DNA from: Pseudobacteriovorax sp.
GTDB taxonomy: Bacteria > Bdellovibrionota_B > Oligoflexia > Oligoflexales > Oligoflexaceae
Length of the DNA stretch: 37,116 nucleotides
Reading direction: 5' to 3'
Assembly: GCA_050293845.1 (NCBI GenBank)
Contig: JBNKNM010000035.1
Location: 1-37,116 of the forward strand
The stretch's first letter is position 1; every line of letters begins with the position of its first letter. The position numbers and the translations under genes are program-made. A model generated the notes under the pieces. That model did not search any database and was not told the origin of the DNA. It was given only the letters and a program-made list of their open reading frames with translations. Positions 35,440 to 37,116 of this stretch are shown here, piece after piece.

Positions 35440-36650
35440 AAAGAAAACCTCCGTTTTTTGTTATTTCGTAAAGCAATCAGTTTAACAGAACGGAGAATTC
35501 TTCCTTGCATTTGTTCTGGCACGATCAGTTCATAGTTGCGCGGTAATGGGGTATATTTATGATTTTTGAATGCCGCTTTTCGTAAGCATGCGTTGTATTT
35601 TTTTATAATGTCTTCATTAAGAGGAGTATGTTTTATCAATTCATAGATTGATATAGGATCTCTAAGGGTTATCTTGGAAATGCGTAGCGGGTTTCTATCA
35701 TGATAGTCTCGTCTATACCGCTCTTTGTAGACAATATTTGCTGCAAGGAATTCACCATAAAAATTCTTGCTAGCAAATCCAAAGGAAGGACTTTTATAGT
35801 GACGTATAATGCGATCAATCCGATCAGTTCCCAAAATCCGGGTAGCTCTTCTGATACCATTAGCACCATGATTATAGGCCGTGATAGCTAAAGGCCATTT
35901 TTTTAAATGACGAAAATTTTCTACCAAAAGATCCGCCGCAGCCATGGACGCTTTTATAGGCGAGTTGCGCTCATCAATAAACTTATTTAGTTTTAAAAAT
36001 TGCTTTCCTGTAAGAGGCATAATCTGCCAAATTCCTGACGCTCCCACCTTCGATATAGCCTTTTCATTAAACATGGACTCCACAAAGGCAATGCGCGTTA
36101 AATCAACAGGTAACGATCTTTTCCTAAAAATATCTTCAATATAGGGTAGATACTTTTCCGCACGTCTGGAAGCTCGCAAAAACTCATCAGCTAGACCGGT
36201 TTGGGAACGAATTGCAGTTTTTTTTGTATATAAATAGCGAATTCCTTTAGGATGCTTGCGATACACCTGATAAACTCTTTTTTCCATTTCCCCTAATTTC
36301 AAAGCACGCCGTCCCATTTTCTTAAAACGCTTGATAGCTAATTGATACCTTTTTAAATAGCGTAAGATTATTTTTCTCTTCTCTGCTTCTGAATATGCTT
36401 TGCTATTGTTAAATCTTTCCGAAAAGAGCTGAAAATCTATGACATCCAGAATAACTTGGGGGTCGTCCCGGTCATGGATCACAATCTGATGGGTGCCAAA
36501 CTGAGAAAAGATTCCATGCCAGAATTTAACCTGTCCCTCAACCACCTTGGGAACAGGAAAGTGATGGAATCTAACCTGTTTGGCGACACTCCTTTGCCAA
36601 GAGCATAGAACAAAGGCGATAACTATTATCGTTCGATAAGTAAAGCACAT
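35436..36650 (-). CDS. Lytic transglycosylase (SLT domain, MltD-like)
   Basis: AFVESMFN (catalytic E), S.VGASGIWQIMP.TG, DER, LAITAYNHG, NFY..FLAA. Confidence 0.95.
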   Translation of the reverse strand: MCFTYRTIIVIAFVLCSWQRSVAKQVRFHHFPVPKVVEGQVKFWHGIFSQFGTHQIVIHDRDDPQVILDVIDFQLFSERFNNSKAYSEAEKRKIILRYLKRYQLAIKRFKKMGRRALKLGEMEKRVYQVYRKHPKGIRYLYTKKTAIRSQTGLADEFLRASRRAEKYLPYIEDIFRKRSLPVDLTRIAFVESMFNEKAISKVGASGIWQIMPLTGKQFLKLNKFIDERNSPIKASMAAADLLVENFRHLKKWPLAITAYNHGANGIRRATRILGTDRIDRIIRHYKSPSFGFASKNFYGEFLAANIVYKERYRRDYHDRNPLRISKITLRDPISIYELIKHTPLNEDIIKKYNACLRKAAFKNHKYTPLPRNYELIVPEQMQGRILRSVKLIALRNNKKRRFSL

Positions 36651-36840
36651 GGACTCACCGATTTAGAGTTTGTCGAAAGTCTACTGAAATTCTAGCGGCT
36701 ACCTTCTCTTTATGGCAGGGTGTCAATAACTTGCCGTAACATAACTAGCTATTAAAACTAGATAATTTAAATTTATTCAAAAATTTATTTACTTAAAGGC
36801 AAATGATATATAAACATATTGCTTCCTGGTTTTCCCTTGT

Positions 36841-36917
36841 CGGACCGTAGCGCAGTTTGGTAGCGCACACCTCTGGGGGGGGTGGGGTCGCTGGTTCGAA
36901 TCCAGTCGGTCCGACCA
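36841..36917 (+). tRNA. tRNA-Pro (GGG)
   Basis: CGGACCGTAGCGCAG...CACCT-CTGGGGG-GGGTG...GTTCGAATC...CGGTCCGACCA; 77 nt. Confidence 0.96.
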
Positions 36918-37116
36918 TATTGTATTTATAATACTAATATGATTGACAAAGAAAACTAACTGTACCCGATCCAAATAGTTCCATAAAATCATCTTTTTAT
37001 TCATTTCTGAAAGAACTTGCAGTACCTTCCACGAAAATGCGGCTCTGTTCACTTCATGGTGGGTAACCTCATGAAACCCGTCCCCGACAAGCGTGTAAGA
37101 GTTGTAAGCGATAGTT

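Noticed and set aside
17474..36144. Many 60-175 aa ORFs nested in or antisense to carAB, thiolase, rppH and the TPR genes
   Set aside because: Shadow ORFs of well-supported genes, with no motifs.
36875..36882. G8 tract as a phase-variable site
   Set aside because: Explained by the tRNA-Pro GGG anticodon loop and stem.
1..37116. CRISPR array, retron/DGR reverse transcriptase, IS transposase, rRNA
   Set aside because: No regularly spaced repeats, no RT or DDE motifs and no rRNA-like sequence seen.

Overview
Bacterial chromosome segment, probably from a Bdellovibrionota/Oligoflexia-like host (an inference from the gene families, not tested). Positions 1-16966 are the right part of a prophage-like element next to the 3' end of an elongator tRNA-Met gene. 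It carries a tyrosine integrase, excisionase, XRE repressor, collagen-repeat lipoprotein, RecE/RecT-like pair, replication initiator with DnaC-like loader, six adjacent antirepressor-like genes plus a seventh nearby, a Holliday-junction resolvase-like nuclease, a frameshifted holin-like gene and a gpZ-like gene. At the left end is a cargo-like module: an HTH regulator, a small secreted Gly-motif protein and a divergent S1 protease that the ORF track missed. Positions 17044-37116 are host genes: eukaryote/Bacteroidota-type carAB, thiolase, a TPR-cNMP protein, a beta-barrel protein, an rppH operon, a response regulator, a lytic transglycosylase + TPR operon resembling Glt gliding components, and tRNA-Pro(GGG). 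The two best leads are (i) the antirepressor-like genes, whose N- and C-terminal modules are visibly shuffled among copies, and (ii) the regulator/secreted-protein/protease module. All family calls are by eye from motifs; no database searches were run.
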